DNA of 64,000 bases from Raillietiella orientalis. Taxonomy: Eukaryota. The stretch spans positions 2,232,001 to 2,296,000 of the forward strand of contig JAYWIR010000033.1 of NCBI GenBank assembly GCA_036172245.1, read 5' to 3'. The translations under genes and the position numbers were made by a program. Below, piece after piece: positions 53,855-63,815 of this stretch. Within the stretch, counting starts at the first letter, position 1. The number at the start of each line of letters is the position of its first letter. The notes beneath the pieces are model-generated. The model did not search any database, was not told the DNA's origin, and saw nothing but the letters and a program-made list of their open reading frames with translations.

Positions 53855-56800
53855 ATGTTGGACATGGTAAATTTTACTACAATTTGTGTTTGCTTTATCA
53901 ATTTGGATGTGCTTTCCTCCGTGTGTGTTCGTATTATGCAGCGTTTTTTCATTTGAGTGTTTAAATTCCTATTACTTTTGTAAAAACATTTGATTTACCA
54001 AAGTGTATTTTTACCCGTCGGTTGCATTGACCCCAAATTTTACATGGGCGAAGAGTAGCTCGTGTACTCGTCCTTATTGGTTTTTAATTTTAAGAATTAC
54101 TACCCCGTTTCAAATAATTCTCTCTGTAGAAAAAAAAAAAAAAAAAAATTTTTAAAGTCTTTTTCTGATTTTTCTAACGAATTGAAATTTCCAACTGTAT
54201 CACCTTTTAAAAACGGCAGCCTCCCCTTATCCATTGGTTATTGGTTGCGTTCATTGCATTTCTGAAAGGATAAATGTAAACTGATGGCGATTGAAACTGA
54301 TCTCACAAACTAGGCGTGGCACGATTTAATGCCAACAAAATTGTTGCATTCGTTTTGGTATGCCATTACTCATATGTAGCGAATTTATTAAATTAGTGAA
54401 TGATGTAGCAATTGTTTGAGACATCGTAATTTTTCAAAGTGTTAATATAATCTGAATTTCCATAAGGAAAACCTTAGTAGTGCAGAGGAAAGTAACTGCC
54501 CTAATGGTGTAGTTGCAGTTGATGGGCTCAAGGAGAGAAAATCCGCTGACAGCAAAATTATAATTTATAAAAAATATCAGGATCTGAAAGTTGAAGCCAA
54601 TTTACTTAAGGTAATGTAAATACACTAGTTGAATAATATGTCTTGCAATAGCAATCACTGAAAACGCTAGAAAAACAACTGAGTGGAACTCTGAGAGAGA
54701 AGGAGCAACTGCAATGTGAACACAACAAGCTGATTCTTGTTAAGAACAGACTTGAAAATTTATGTCGTGAACTACATTCTGAGAATAAGCGTGTTGAGGT
54801 AAGATCTAGTGTCTCTGGCCATTCCCACACTGGTTGAATAGTTTCCCTACTTAGAATGAGACTCTTCAACATCAAAAGCAAGAAGAATTGAAGAAGAAAG
54901 AATTGTCTGATAGATTCCATAAAACCATCAATGAGATTACAGCTTCCCTCCATGAAAACAATTTAAAGAACTGCAAGCTCAAAGAAGAGAATGAGGAGAT
55001 TACAAAAAGATTTAAATGTCTTCTGGAGCAGTGTGAAGTTCGTGAACAGGTGAAAAGCAACGGATTTGTATTTAGGGAACACCTAAAATAATGAATAATT
55101 TCCTTTTTTTTTTTTAGTGTATCTTTTAGCTTGTTTAATTTTAATGGGAAATAACTCAGCTTTTAATTTTGAGATTCTATTCGGCAAAAGTGCTTTATCA
55201 GTATTCTATAAAAATTAGTGAGTTAATTCTGTTTGTTTAAATCAATAATGTTGCATTAAACGTTGTTGTGGGTTGAAGCTGATTTGATGGATTGATTGTA
55301 ATCCTCTATCTCCCATGCAAACTTGAGTTACTTGGACTTTGTTGAATCTGGCATGAAATAATTTTTTTTTAATGAAACTGATACCTCAGTAGTACTCCTG
55401 TTTTAGGGATGAGTTGTTATTGGTTCATTTCACTTTGATTGGGCTTGAAATCAAATTTAGTGTTTTTCTAGGAAATTATTAGCTGGTTGGTATGTGTGTC
55501 TGGGAATTCACCAATTCCTTAAGCACTCTTTTCATGGTGAGAAACACTTTGAAAGTTCTGGATCCTCTTATCTCTGGGACACTGCTTTGCAGGTTGAAGT
55601 GATTACTTCTGTTTGTTATCGTTTTGAATTGTTTCTGCTATCTTTTTGATTTTGAAAGAGCGCATGGTATTTAGAACTAAATTTTTATGTGATGTGTCTT
55701 CTTTATTTTTAGGTATTTATTGTTTTTTTTTTCCATTACTGGATATTTAATCAAAGTCAGCTTATGCATTTTTGAAAACGAAAACATTTTCCTTACAAAG
55801 TCTGTTCTTGCTTTTCTTATGGGCTGGTGATTGTAAGAATGCATGTTCTGATTTATGCACCAGACATTTGGGCTGCTGAAACGCAAGACTGAATAAATGG
55901 GATCACTCGTGGAAAACCTGCTATCGGTGATTCGACTTTTTTCTTCTAAAGCACCGTTTCGTATACATCTGGGGCGAAGGTACAAAATGTTTTGCTGTTC
56001 TCGGAAAACTTTGCAGCTGGAATATTCTTTGATAGAGTTGGACTTTCAAGTGTTAATGGTTGCTTATTAATTGATAATCAATAAAGGAAAAGGTGACTGC
56101 TAAAAGAGTGATTCGAAGCTGCTACAAATCAGTGTGGAATGTTGTCGGAAAAAGTTATTTCCACACCGATCTTTGCCACAAGTGAGATGTCCACACGTAA
56201 CAAGTACTTGCATATGTATCTGAAATGGTAAAACTGAAAGTTCATAACCACGAACAGTTCTGAAGTGTGCCTTTATCCTTCGGTTGTGACTGACTCACAA
56301 CATGCTCGTGTTTTCCACACAAAAAGGATTATTGGGAAATTTGATTTGTCATTGCACTGGGTATTTCAATATTTCAAGCAGGAAAAAACTTGTGCTCATG
56401 TTATAGGCAAATAGTTTTCTACAGGATTTCAGAGTTTTCGAGTGTTTGTGTTTTTCCCATTTGGGAAAATCACGACATCCGCTTGTAGGTTTTTGTTTCT
56501 TTGTTTTAAGTTCCAAGAGCTCTACGACGGAAAGTTTGGTTGTGTCTATTCACTTCATTATACCAGGTTTCATTAATTTTTTAAAACTATGTTTCTCCCC
56601 TTTATGGTCATAGCATATGGACAAGCTGATGAAGCATAAGATGCTGGAGGTCCAGCTGGCGGAAGCGCAGCTGGCCAAATTCAAGCTGGAACACATGGAA
56701 GAGCAGGAAAAGATTCTACGGGAGAAGCAGAATCTCCTCCAAGAGCTGCATGAATGCCAGCAGAAGCTGTCCAAGCAGCAGGACCTAGAGATTCAGCTGC

Positions 56801-57464
56801 GCACACAGCTGAATTCTAACGTGGAAAAGTACAACGAGTTCCAGCTGGCACTTAAGAAGAGCAACCACATGTATTCCGAATTCAAAAAAGAGATGGAGAA
56901 GGTAGTAAGTTGGTCCATGCTGTGCACATGTGTCCACCCACCATGTGTCCAGATGACGAAAAAGATCAAGCTGCTGGAGAAGGAGACCCATGCTTGGAAA
57001 AGCAAATTTGAGATGAGCAACCTAGCCTTTGCCGAACTTCACGAAAGTAAGAAGAAGCAGGATGTGGAGCTATCCGTCCAGCTGAGGAAGGTTCAGCAGC
57101 TGGAGAAGCTCTGCAGGACATTGCAGAAGGAACGAATGGAGCTCCAGGAATCCATTAATAAGAGTAAATTGCTGATTTGTTTACTTGTCCGGGACTTATC
57201 GTTGGATTCCCAGATTCCCAGAAGCTGCAGCCCAGCGTCAGGACAGAAGGCGTTCAGACGGAGAACGAAACTTTTCCAGGGGAAGGCGCCGGTGTACTGC
57301 CGGTTGTTCCTGAAGACGATTTCAGCAAGGGAGGATCCGATTCGACGCAGCCTCGTTTCAGCCAGACAACGGATGAACTTCTCGACAAGCCCATGAGTGT
57401 TGACACACAGTCCTGTGCGTTGGAATCAGACCATGTGCAAATGGGCAATAGTAATGGTTCTTAA
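53855..57464 (+). CDS. TXLN: Taxilin-family coiled-coil protein, 7 exons: join(53855..53866,54467..54610,54652..54798,54855..55049,56614..56901,56953..57163,57214..57464), 415 aa
   Basis: All six introns are GT..AG and phase-compatible; the spliced CDS is 1248 nt ending TAA. Taxilin motifs: KNRLENLCRELHSENK, KCLLEQCEVREQHMDKLMKHK, KYNEFQLALKKSN, FKKEMEKMTKKIKLLEKE, LEKLCRTLQKER. The first exon (MLDM|gtaaat) is the least certain part. Confidence 0.93.
54467..54610 (+). CDS. TXLN: Taxilin exon 2 (ENLSSAEE...KKYQDLKVEANLLK)
   Basis: Acceptor taag at 54463-54466, 48 open codons, donor gtaatg at 54611. Confidence 0.8.
54652..54798 (+). CDS. TXLN: Taxilin exon 3 (QSLKTLEK...RLENLCRELHSENKRVE)
   Basis: Acceptor tag ending 54651, donor gtaaga at 54799; conserved LE.LCREL motif. 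Confidence 0.92.
54855..55049 (+). CDS. TXLN: Taxilin exon 4 (NETLQHQ...LLEQCEVREQ)
   Basis: Acceptor ttag 54851-54854, donor gtgaaa at 55050. Confidence 0.92.
56614..56901 (+). CDS. TXLN: Taxilin exon 5 (HMDKLMKHK...FKKEMEK)
   Basis: Acceptor tag 56611-56613, donor at 56902 (alternative in-frame donor at 56905). Confidence 0.95.
56953..57163 (+). CDS. TXLN: Taxilin exon 6 (MTKKIKLLEKE...LEKLCRTLQKERMELQESINK)
   Basis: Acceptor cag ending 56952, phase-1 donor gtaaat at 57164. Confidence 0.93.
57214..57464 (+). CDS. TXLN: Taxilin last exon, acidic low-complexity tail
   Basis: Acceptor cag ending 57213; the phase joins ORF 57177..57464 to its TAA. Confidence 0.8.
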
Positions 57465-57599
57465 GTACCGCACGTGGTAAATGCATACCGATCTAACTAG
57501 AGGCCACTAATCTAGACATTAAGTTATACTTACATGTTGACTGTCAAATACGGTAACTCGTGCCCCTTTGATACGTCTTATGCATAGTAACCGTTCTGA

Positions 57600-58500
57600 A
57601 ATATAGTACTTTCGAACTGTGTAAAAAGCTGTTTTGAATTCGCATCTGCACGGTGGGCTCGGTGGCACTCGCGTGAACTGACGGCGAGGGCCATTTCGAA
57701 TGTCAAGGAGGGCGCCGTCGATCCGCTTCCGGAGTGTCCGTCTCCTGAAAGAAATCGCATCTCGGCGAATGCATCCGTCGGAGGTTTCTCCCAGAAAAAT
57801 TCCGAGAACGGAACCGTCGCGTGCAAAAAAAAAAAAAAGAAAAGTGCTCTTCGACTTGGAAATGAAATGTATATTTTGAAAGCCCAGTCTGCGGCCGCCT
57901 GGCTTACTCCGCCCACGAAGTGGGGAGGTCGCGGCGGTCAGTTTCGGCGCGAATCAGCCGCACCGCTCCGGTTTCCCGTACCATTCGAACACGCGTGCGA
58001 GACGCGTAATTGGTTCCGGTGCGGAATTAGGGAATGGAAAATTTTCGAAGTTTTCCTGCTCTGGATGAGGCAGGAAAGGAATCTTCCTGAAAGGAGCCAA
58101 GTTATAGGGAGTGTGGGGAGCGAAATACGAAGAAGAGCATGCCTAAAGGCGACCGACGAAAATGTCCTTTCGAAATATTCCAGCAGCTCCAAATCAACAC
58201 AGTCCAGAATGCTGCAGCCCAGAACACCCTCTGGCGATGTGTCGGCGGCGGATTTGCGTGTCGCGTTCGTAGTTGCCGCCTGGTCCCGTAGTTTTCTCAA
58301 CTTCCGCATCCCGAAAGACGTCTTCGAACTGCTCGGGCGCGTGTCGTCGGCTGCTTCAGGTGCTCCGTGTTAACGTGCGAAGAGCAAGCCAGCTCTTCCG
58401 AATGGGAATCGAGCCGGTCCAGGCCGTCTCCGTTTTCTCATCAGCCGATCCCCAAGCGCTCTTCCGGAATTCGTTTCCGCAGCAGTTGATTCTTCGCAGG
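57600..58500 (-). pseudogene. IR-like relic (S1), convergent on the taxilin 3' end
   Basis: ILDCVDLELLEYFERTFS (cf. G+D+++L..+...+NF); TWLLSGRFLSCLIQSRK. Confidence 0.35.
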
Positions 58501-58536
58501 CAGGCGTTTGCTCCGTCTTCTCCGCACTCGTGGTGT

Positions 58537-58567
<31 letters not shown>

Positions 58568-59049
58568 TCCATCTGAAGAAGTAAAACGCCTCTCGTCCTT
58601 GAGGTGCGTTTTCAAAACGAGGAAAGCAAATGGAAGGTCCAGATTGCAGCGCTTGTGGCTGCCGGGAAGCTGGGAATCTCAGCAGTGCGCCACACGAGCC
58701 CGCGTCAACCGAATTTCGGCTTCGTTCAATTCTGCAGACGAATTTTGGTCCGTGCTGTTTGGGGGGAAAAAAAAAAATTCAAGCAAAACAAAAAAAAAAA
58801 TGGAATTCCCACCGAACGAGAGCTGACTGCGCTGCACATCCGGGAGACGAAGACGTCTCTGTGCTTTGACTCGAACCTCATCTCTCCAGCGAGCACGGTG
58901 GAACACTCGGTTCGCCCGGTGCATCCAACCACGTTTGGCCAAGTTCCACCACGGACAAGAACCGACTTTCCGGTGTCCTTTATCCTTTCGAATTCCCACT
59001 GGCCTTTGGGGGGTATTCGATTAAGAAAGTGCCATCGCCTTTATAATTG

Positions 59050-59920
59050 AGTATTCCCCAGTCGCCAGCGTCTCCTTTTTAATAATATTGGGTGTGTCAA
59101 AAGCGATGCCCTACGAACTATTGTGAGTTTCTTTGAGGCAGTCGTCTATGGATACATCCTCTTAATTTCTAGCTGGTCACCATTCTGTGATTTCGATTGC
59201 CTCGAAGTTAACGTCAGACATCACGAAACTTGTTGATCTAGGGGTCACGAGGCCACAGCCTCGGCTGGACTCGTACGTCTGCTCCAGGCAAATGGAAATG
59301 CCGCCTCACATGTGAGCATGCCAGTAAATCACCTGCGTGCCTTCCTCGAAGAGCACTCCATAGATGCTAACGGTGGATGTTAGAACAAGATCCAAGAGTG
59401 GGTATGGGAAATAAGTGACACGTCCTCGGCTGAAATCCGTTCAGCTGATTAAAGAGAAACTTCGCTGGATGCTGGCGCCTTCTGCTAACCAACCTCTACC
59501 GTTTTCGCCCGTTTCATCCGGCCAGCTGGTGCTCTCAGAAGAAAGTGCGGCGTCTTCACGGAAGACGCCGCACTTGTCTCTCTTTGATGTGTTTCTGGGA
59601 ATTCTGCGGACCCTGGGGAACGTTTTGGGCGTCCAGGAACCCCTTCTTGAACGAAACCAGCAACCGGAGCTTCCCATCTTAACCCCCACGAGGCCAGCGG
59701 CGTTCGTTGGTAGCAGCCTAAGAATTTGCAAATTCACATCCGCGGAGCGGAAGGCGCTCCTTACGGATGGCAGAAGTGTTGGCAAATTTTCTAGGCCTGA
59801 AGTGGCACCCCGGTTGAGGATGGTGAGTACGACGTATCCCCACGGCTGAGGCAGCCGGCGCGTTTCTTAATGCATGAAATGAGTAGAACCAGAGAAGATT
59901 GATTGCTTATTTCGCTTACA
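59050..59920 (-). pseudogene. IR-like relic (P-M2-S2)
   Basis: NLLWFYSFHALRNAPAASAVG; SAIRKERLPLRG; FPYPLL..LFEEGTQVIYW. Confidence 0.35.
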
Positions 59921-60156
59921 GTTTATCTTACGATTTGTGCCACCCCATCACCACCACCCCTCCCTAAAGAGCGGCACTAGGTGAGGCACAGACTTCACAC
60001 GTTGTCTCTGACTGCTCCCTCAGGAGAGTTTGAGCCAGATGGTCCACGAACCACGCTGCTAGGGCAACTGGAGTTCGGCAACAGCACGTTGCTCTCTAGC
60101 CTCCTTCGCTCCCGGATGCGCTCTGGATAGCTGGTTGAAACGACACAGAGGATGGC

Positions 60157-60783
60157 TTACTCGGGAAGCGAGGAGATGGGAGAAGGGTGCGGCATCTGGC
60201 GGACTTCCTGAGAGGGATGCAGCGGCTCTGGTCGAAAGGTCTTACTCAGGAAGCTCCTAGCGACGGAATGCCGAGAGCCTGTGGAAACTTCTGTGCTGTA
60301 GGCTGTCTTTACTCTCCCGTAAAGAGAGCGGGGCCTCAACTTAAGGGACTGCTGACGAATTGAGGTCTTTATCTTGGGGTCTTGCTCGGCGTCCTCTAGA
60401 GTGTGCCCACCGACATACCTCCCAAATGTAAAGACACAATCTAATAGACCCCAGTTTGGTCTCAAGTATTCACTGCCTCCTGTCACCCAAGCATTTGAGT
60501 CTATGGGGCAGAAGTCCAGTGGTGTTTCTTCATCAAAGTAAACATCCCGGAGTGCACGATAACAACGGACAAGGATGTGGGAAGCTGACCATGAACTGCA
60601 GGCAGCCCGATTTCTAACGATTAGCTCTTCGCTGTAAAGTCCGTCCTGTGAGGAAGGCAAAGGCGTTTCAAAAATCTTTCGCATTCCTCCCTGGGCGGTC
60701 ATCAGCATCCTGATCCATCCAAACCATTGTTTTATGTCTCCGCTTCTCACGTGGAGATCGTTGCCATTGGACAGGATGGTTCT
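60157..60783 (-). other. Candidate EVE: mononegaviral L capping (PRNTase) domain, ~209 open codons
   Basis: ILSNGNDLHVR.GDI..FGWIRMLM..MRKI; CSSWSASHILVR..TPLDF; RYVGGHTLE (YxGxxT motif) followed by EQDPKIKTS..SLKL; collinear with L conserved region V. Confidence 0.55.
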
Positions 60784-61780
60784 CATCCGGTTATGCCGGG
60801 GCATTTATTACGTAAAGTAACAAAAATGCATTTTTTTGCGGAAGAACCCTTGGTTCTACCACGTGCTTGGAGCCTGTGGTACGCAGACCGGCGAGGACCG
60901 CTTCGGCAGCGTGAGGGAAGGGGGGAGGATAAACAAACAAAACAGAAGAGGGGAGATTAAACACGGGGAAGGGGTGGGGATCGAGAAAGAGATCACAGCG
61001 TCCTCTGCTTACGGTGCTGGCAAGTTCTGTCCGGATAATGCCCAGGTGGAGCCATCTCGAGGCTGTCCTCAGGAAGATCCGCGCTTAATGGATGTGTATC
61101 TCCCATTTCGGCCTCCTCTCCGCGTTCCAGGCTGCCACGATTCCACGGATGCTGCAGGAGACTGCGAAGGACGCGGCTGGCGCCAGAGCGGCACCACGCA
61201 TGAAGAGGCTCCTGAAGATGTCCCTGGGGCCACCTGCCGGGATTCCTAGGATCGTCGCGAGGCGATCCAAAAGGGGTCGGAGGGCAGCACAGTCCAGAAG
61301 CAGGTGCGGGAGGTGGGTCTTCTTCCAACACTTCCTTCCTCCTTCACACTCCTTCCCGTGTCCAGTGGCGAAGGCATGCTTTGCACTTGATTCCCCCATG
61401 CAATGCCAGCAACGCCGACTCCCGCCACTCGAGGGGGAGGGCGCTACTGTCCCAGCATACTGGGGGCTACTTCACCTCTTCCGAAGGGATGCCGAGCAGC
61501 TCTCCCCGGCGTACAAGTCCGTGGGGCGGGACATCCGGGACCACAGCGTCCGTCACTTCCCGAGTCGTCCACGCCCCCTCATAAGTGCTTTCTTTGCTTC
61601 TATGCAACAAGTCACTTCCCATGTTGCCAGGATCACGCTGTCCCTTGTGTCCCTTAGGGTAGCAATGGGACGAGGGAAGTGAATAGACGAGGTCCACAGC
61701 ATCTTCTGCGTGTTGCGGACAATCTCTTGTGACGAATCGCGACTGCTGATGCCCAGGATGATGGAAGAAATCCTTTTGGA
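60784..61780 (-). mobile_element. LINE 3' fragment (copy E)
   Basis: LPLEWRESALLALH, HLPHLLLDCAALRPL, IRGIVAAW; terminus AATAAATGCCCCGGCATAACCGGATG at 60784-60809. Confidence 0.88.
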
Positions 61781-62259
61781 TTCTTTTCTGTTTCTCTGTT
61801 TTCCTTCCAGCTTTTTTTTTTTTTTTCGGGTTTTTTTTCTTTTTGATTCGCTGAGTAGCCAAGAACCGTTCGCTTCGCCTGGCGATTCACGAAGCTCTTT
61901 GACACAGTTTCACACAACCAGGGTGTGCGTGTTGACTTCAAGCTCGTGGCATCACGCGAGGGAGCCACCCTATGAATCCAGGAAGGGCTCCGGAGAAAGG
62001 AATCCGTTCCTCTTACTCCTGGGGAGGGATTTCCGGAAGGAACACCTCCACCCTTGTTGTCTCCTAAAGGTGCCTCCAGGGAATCTCCTTCCTTATTCTC
62101 TCCGGAGGGACCCCCGAAGGGGTTCGCTCTATTTCTTCTTCTCCGGAGGTAATCCGCAAGGGAATCGCTCCTTGTTCCCTCCTCTGAAGAGAACTCTGAA
62201 GGGTTGCTTCCTAATTTTCTCTGAAGGGGTCGCTACCCGAAGGGAGTAGCGCACTTCAC

Positions 62260-62660
62260 ATTCTGGACAGGCATCATCAATTCACCAGTCCCATGGTGCG
62301 GCTCCTTGATTCCTGGAAGGGCCCTGGGGAAGGGTCAGCTACCAATCCCGTTGCCAGCCAACAGGGACATCCGGCTTCAACCATCCGCACCCGGATGTAA
62401 ACTAACGAGCGACATCTTGCGAGGGAGGAACCCTAAACCCACGACGTATCCTTTTCTCTGGCGTCGATCCTCCACGTTGGGATTCAAACCCGCAACGCCT
62501 GGTACCTCAGCCACACCGCCTCCAACGCAGGCAAAAACAAACTCCCTCCTCCCACTTCTTTGGCAAGCACTTTCGAGTACCCCATGAGAAGAAACTGAGA
62601 AGGAAAAAACGGGGGGAGGGCTCGAATCCTGGAACTTTCCACGAGCGCGCAAGTCAAGCA
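62260..62660 (-). mobile_element. APE-type endonuclease remnant of a LINE ORF2
   Basis: EFVFACVGGGVAEV..VEDRRQRKGYVVGLGF..KMSLVSLHP resembles APE GVA....G+++.+...+.+++YAP. Confidence 0.4.
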
Positions 62661-62723
62661 CGGAGGAGGGGGGAAACGGCAGATACGGTCAGGGAATGGA
62701 AACCTTGCGCGACTCCTCCGGTT

Positions 62724-63815
62724 GACATCCGGCAACGACGGGGCGTTTGTTTATTTGTAAAATAAACATATATGTCTCTAGCAGGTCGTTTGATCCTGCC
62801 ACGTTACCTATAGCTACGAGAAGGAACCTGCCGGGAACTGGCACGCAGGCCAGCGCAGTTCGCCTCGGCAGCACAGGAGAAGGGGAGACAAACAAAAAGA
62901 AAAAAGCATAACAGAAAACATACAGTCAAAAAAGGAAGGGGGTTCGGGAAGGAATCACAATGTGCTAGAGGGTGTCCACTGCATCCTTGTAAGGATGCCG
63001 GCAAGTTCCTGTTCCCAGACTCTCAGATGGGACCATCTTGACACCGTCCTCACAAAGAGGACGAGCGGCAAAATAGATGGTATCCCTGTCGTTCTGGACT
63101 TCCCTGGCGTTGCGATATGCAGCTATAGTCCCGCAGCGTGGTCACCAAAGTGCTCCTGAGGATGCGTCCGGCGTGAGGGCGTCGCGCAGGAAGAGGCGCT
63201 TTAAAACGCCTCTGCCCTTGTCGCCGGGGTTCCAAGAGTCGCGACAAAAAGTCCCCAAAGGGATCGAAGTGCAGTAAAACCCACTAGGAGGTGTGGGAGG
63301 GATTTTCGCTTCCCGCACCTTGCACAGCTTGAGTCCACCCCCTTCTCCCGTATTCAATGATGCCGGCGGCGAAGCATAGGAGGTCCCAGTGCAGCAGCAT
63401 CTATGCTGACTCCTGCCACTTTAATAGGTGCGTGCGAATGTTTATGAGCTCCGGGGGTCACTGAAGGTTCTCCTCCAGAACACCCAGTAGCACATCCCAG
63501 TGCAAAAGTCCACAAGGTCTAGCAATCGGGGTTGCAACGTCGGCCCATCGGCCACTCGCCCAGTCCTCTTTTCCTTCCAGAGATTTCCACAGTAACCTCC
63601 CATCTCGCAGAAAGGCTGTTATTCATGTGTTCCCTAAGGGAGGGCAGAGAGGCGACGAGAGAGTTCTGTTTGCCCATGCACTCTTCGCGGGATCTTCCAG
63701 GATCTTCCGGAGCGTGCAGTTGTTGGTGCATGCATACAGGAAACGTCGCACCTGTTCCGCGCTTGGCTCCTGGATCCCCTCCCACGAGCCAAGAACAACG
63801 AAACGAGCCCGGAGA
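62724..63815 (-). mobile_element. LINE 3' fragment (copy D)
   Basis: LRKILEDPAKSAWA, LKWQESA, CKVREA finger remnant; 85-nt exact match to copy C; terminus aataaacaaacgccccgtcgttgccggatg. Confidence 0.9.

Noticed and set aside
56617..57396. 259-aa single ORF taken as the taxilin gene
   Set aside because: It reads through two introns and ends out of frame; the spliced model fits the family better.
62470..62525. tRNA/SINE-like A box (tggctgagg) and B box (ggtttgaatccc) on the - strand
   Set aside because: The boxes are too close, there is no cloverleaf, and the same bases encode the GGGVAEV endonuclease-like segment.
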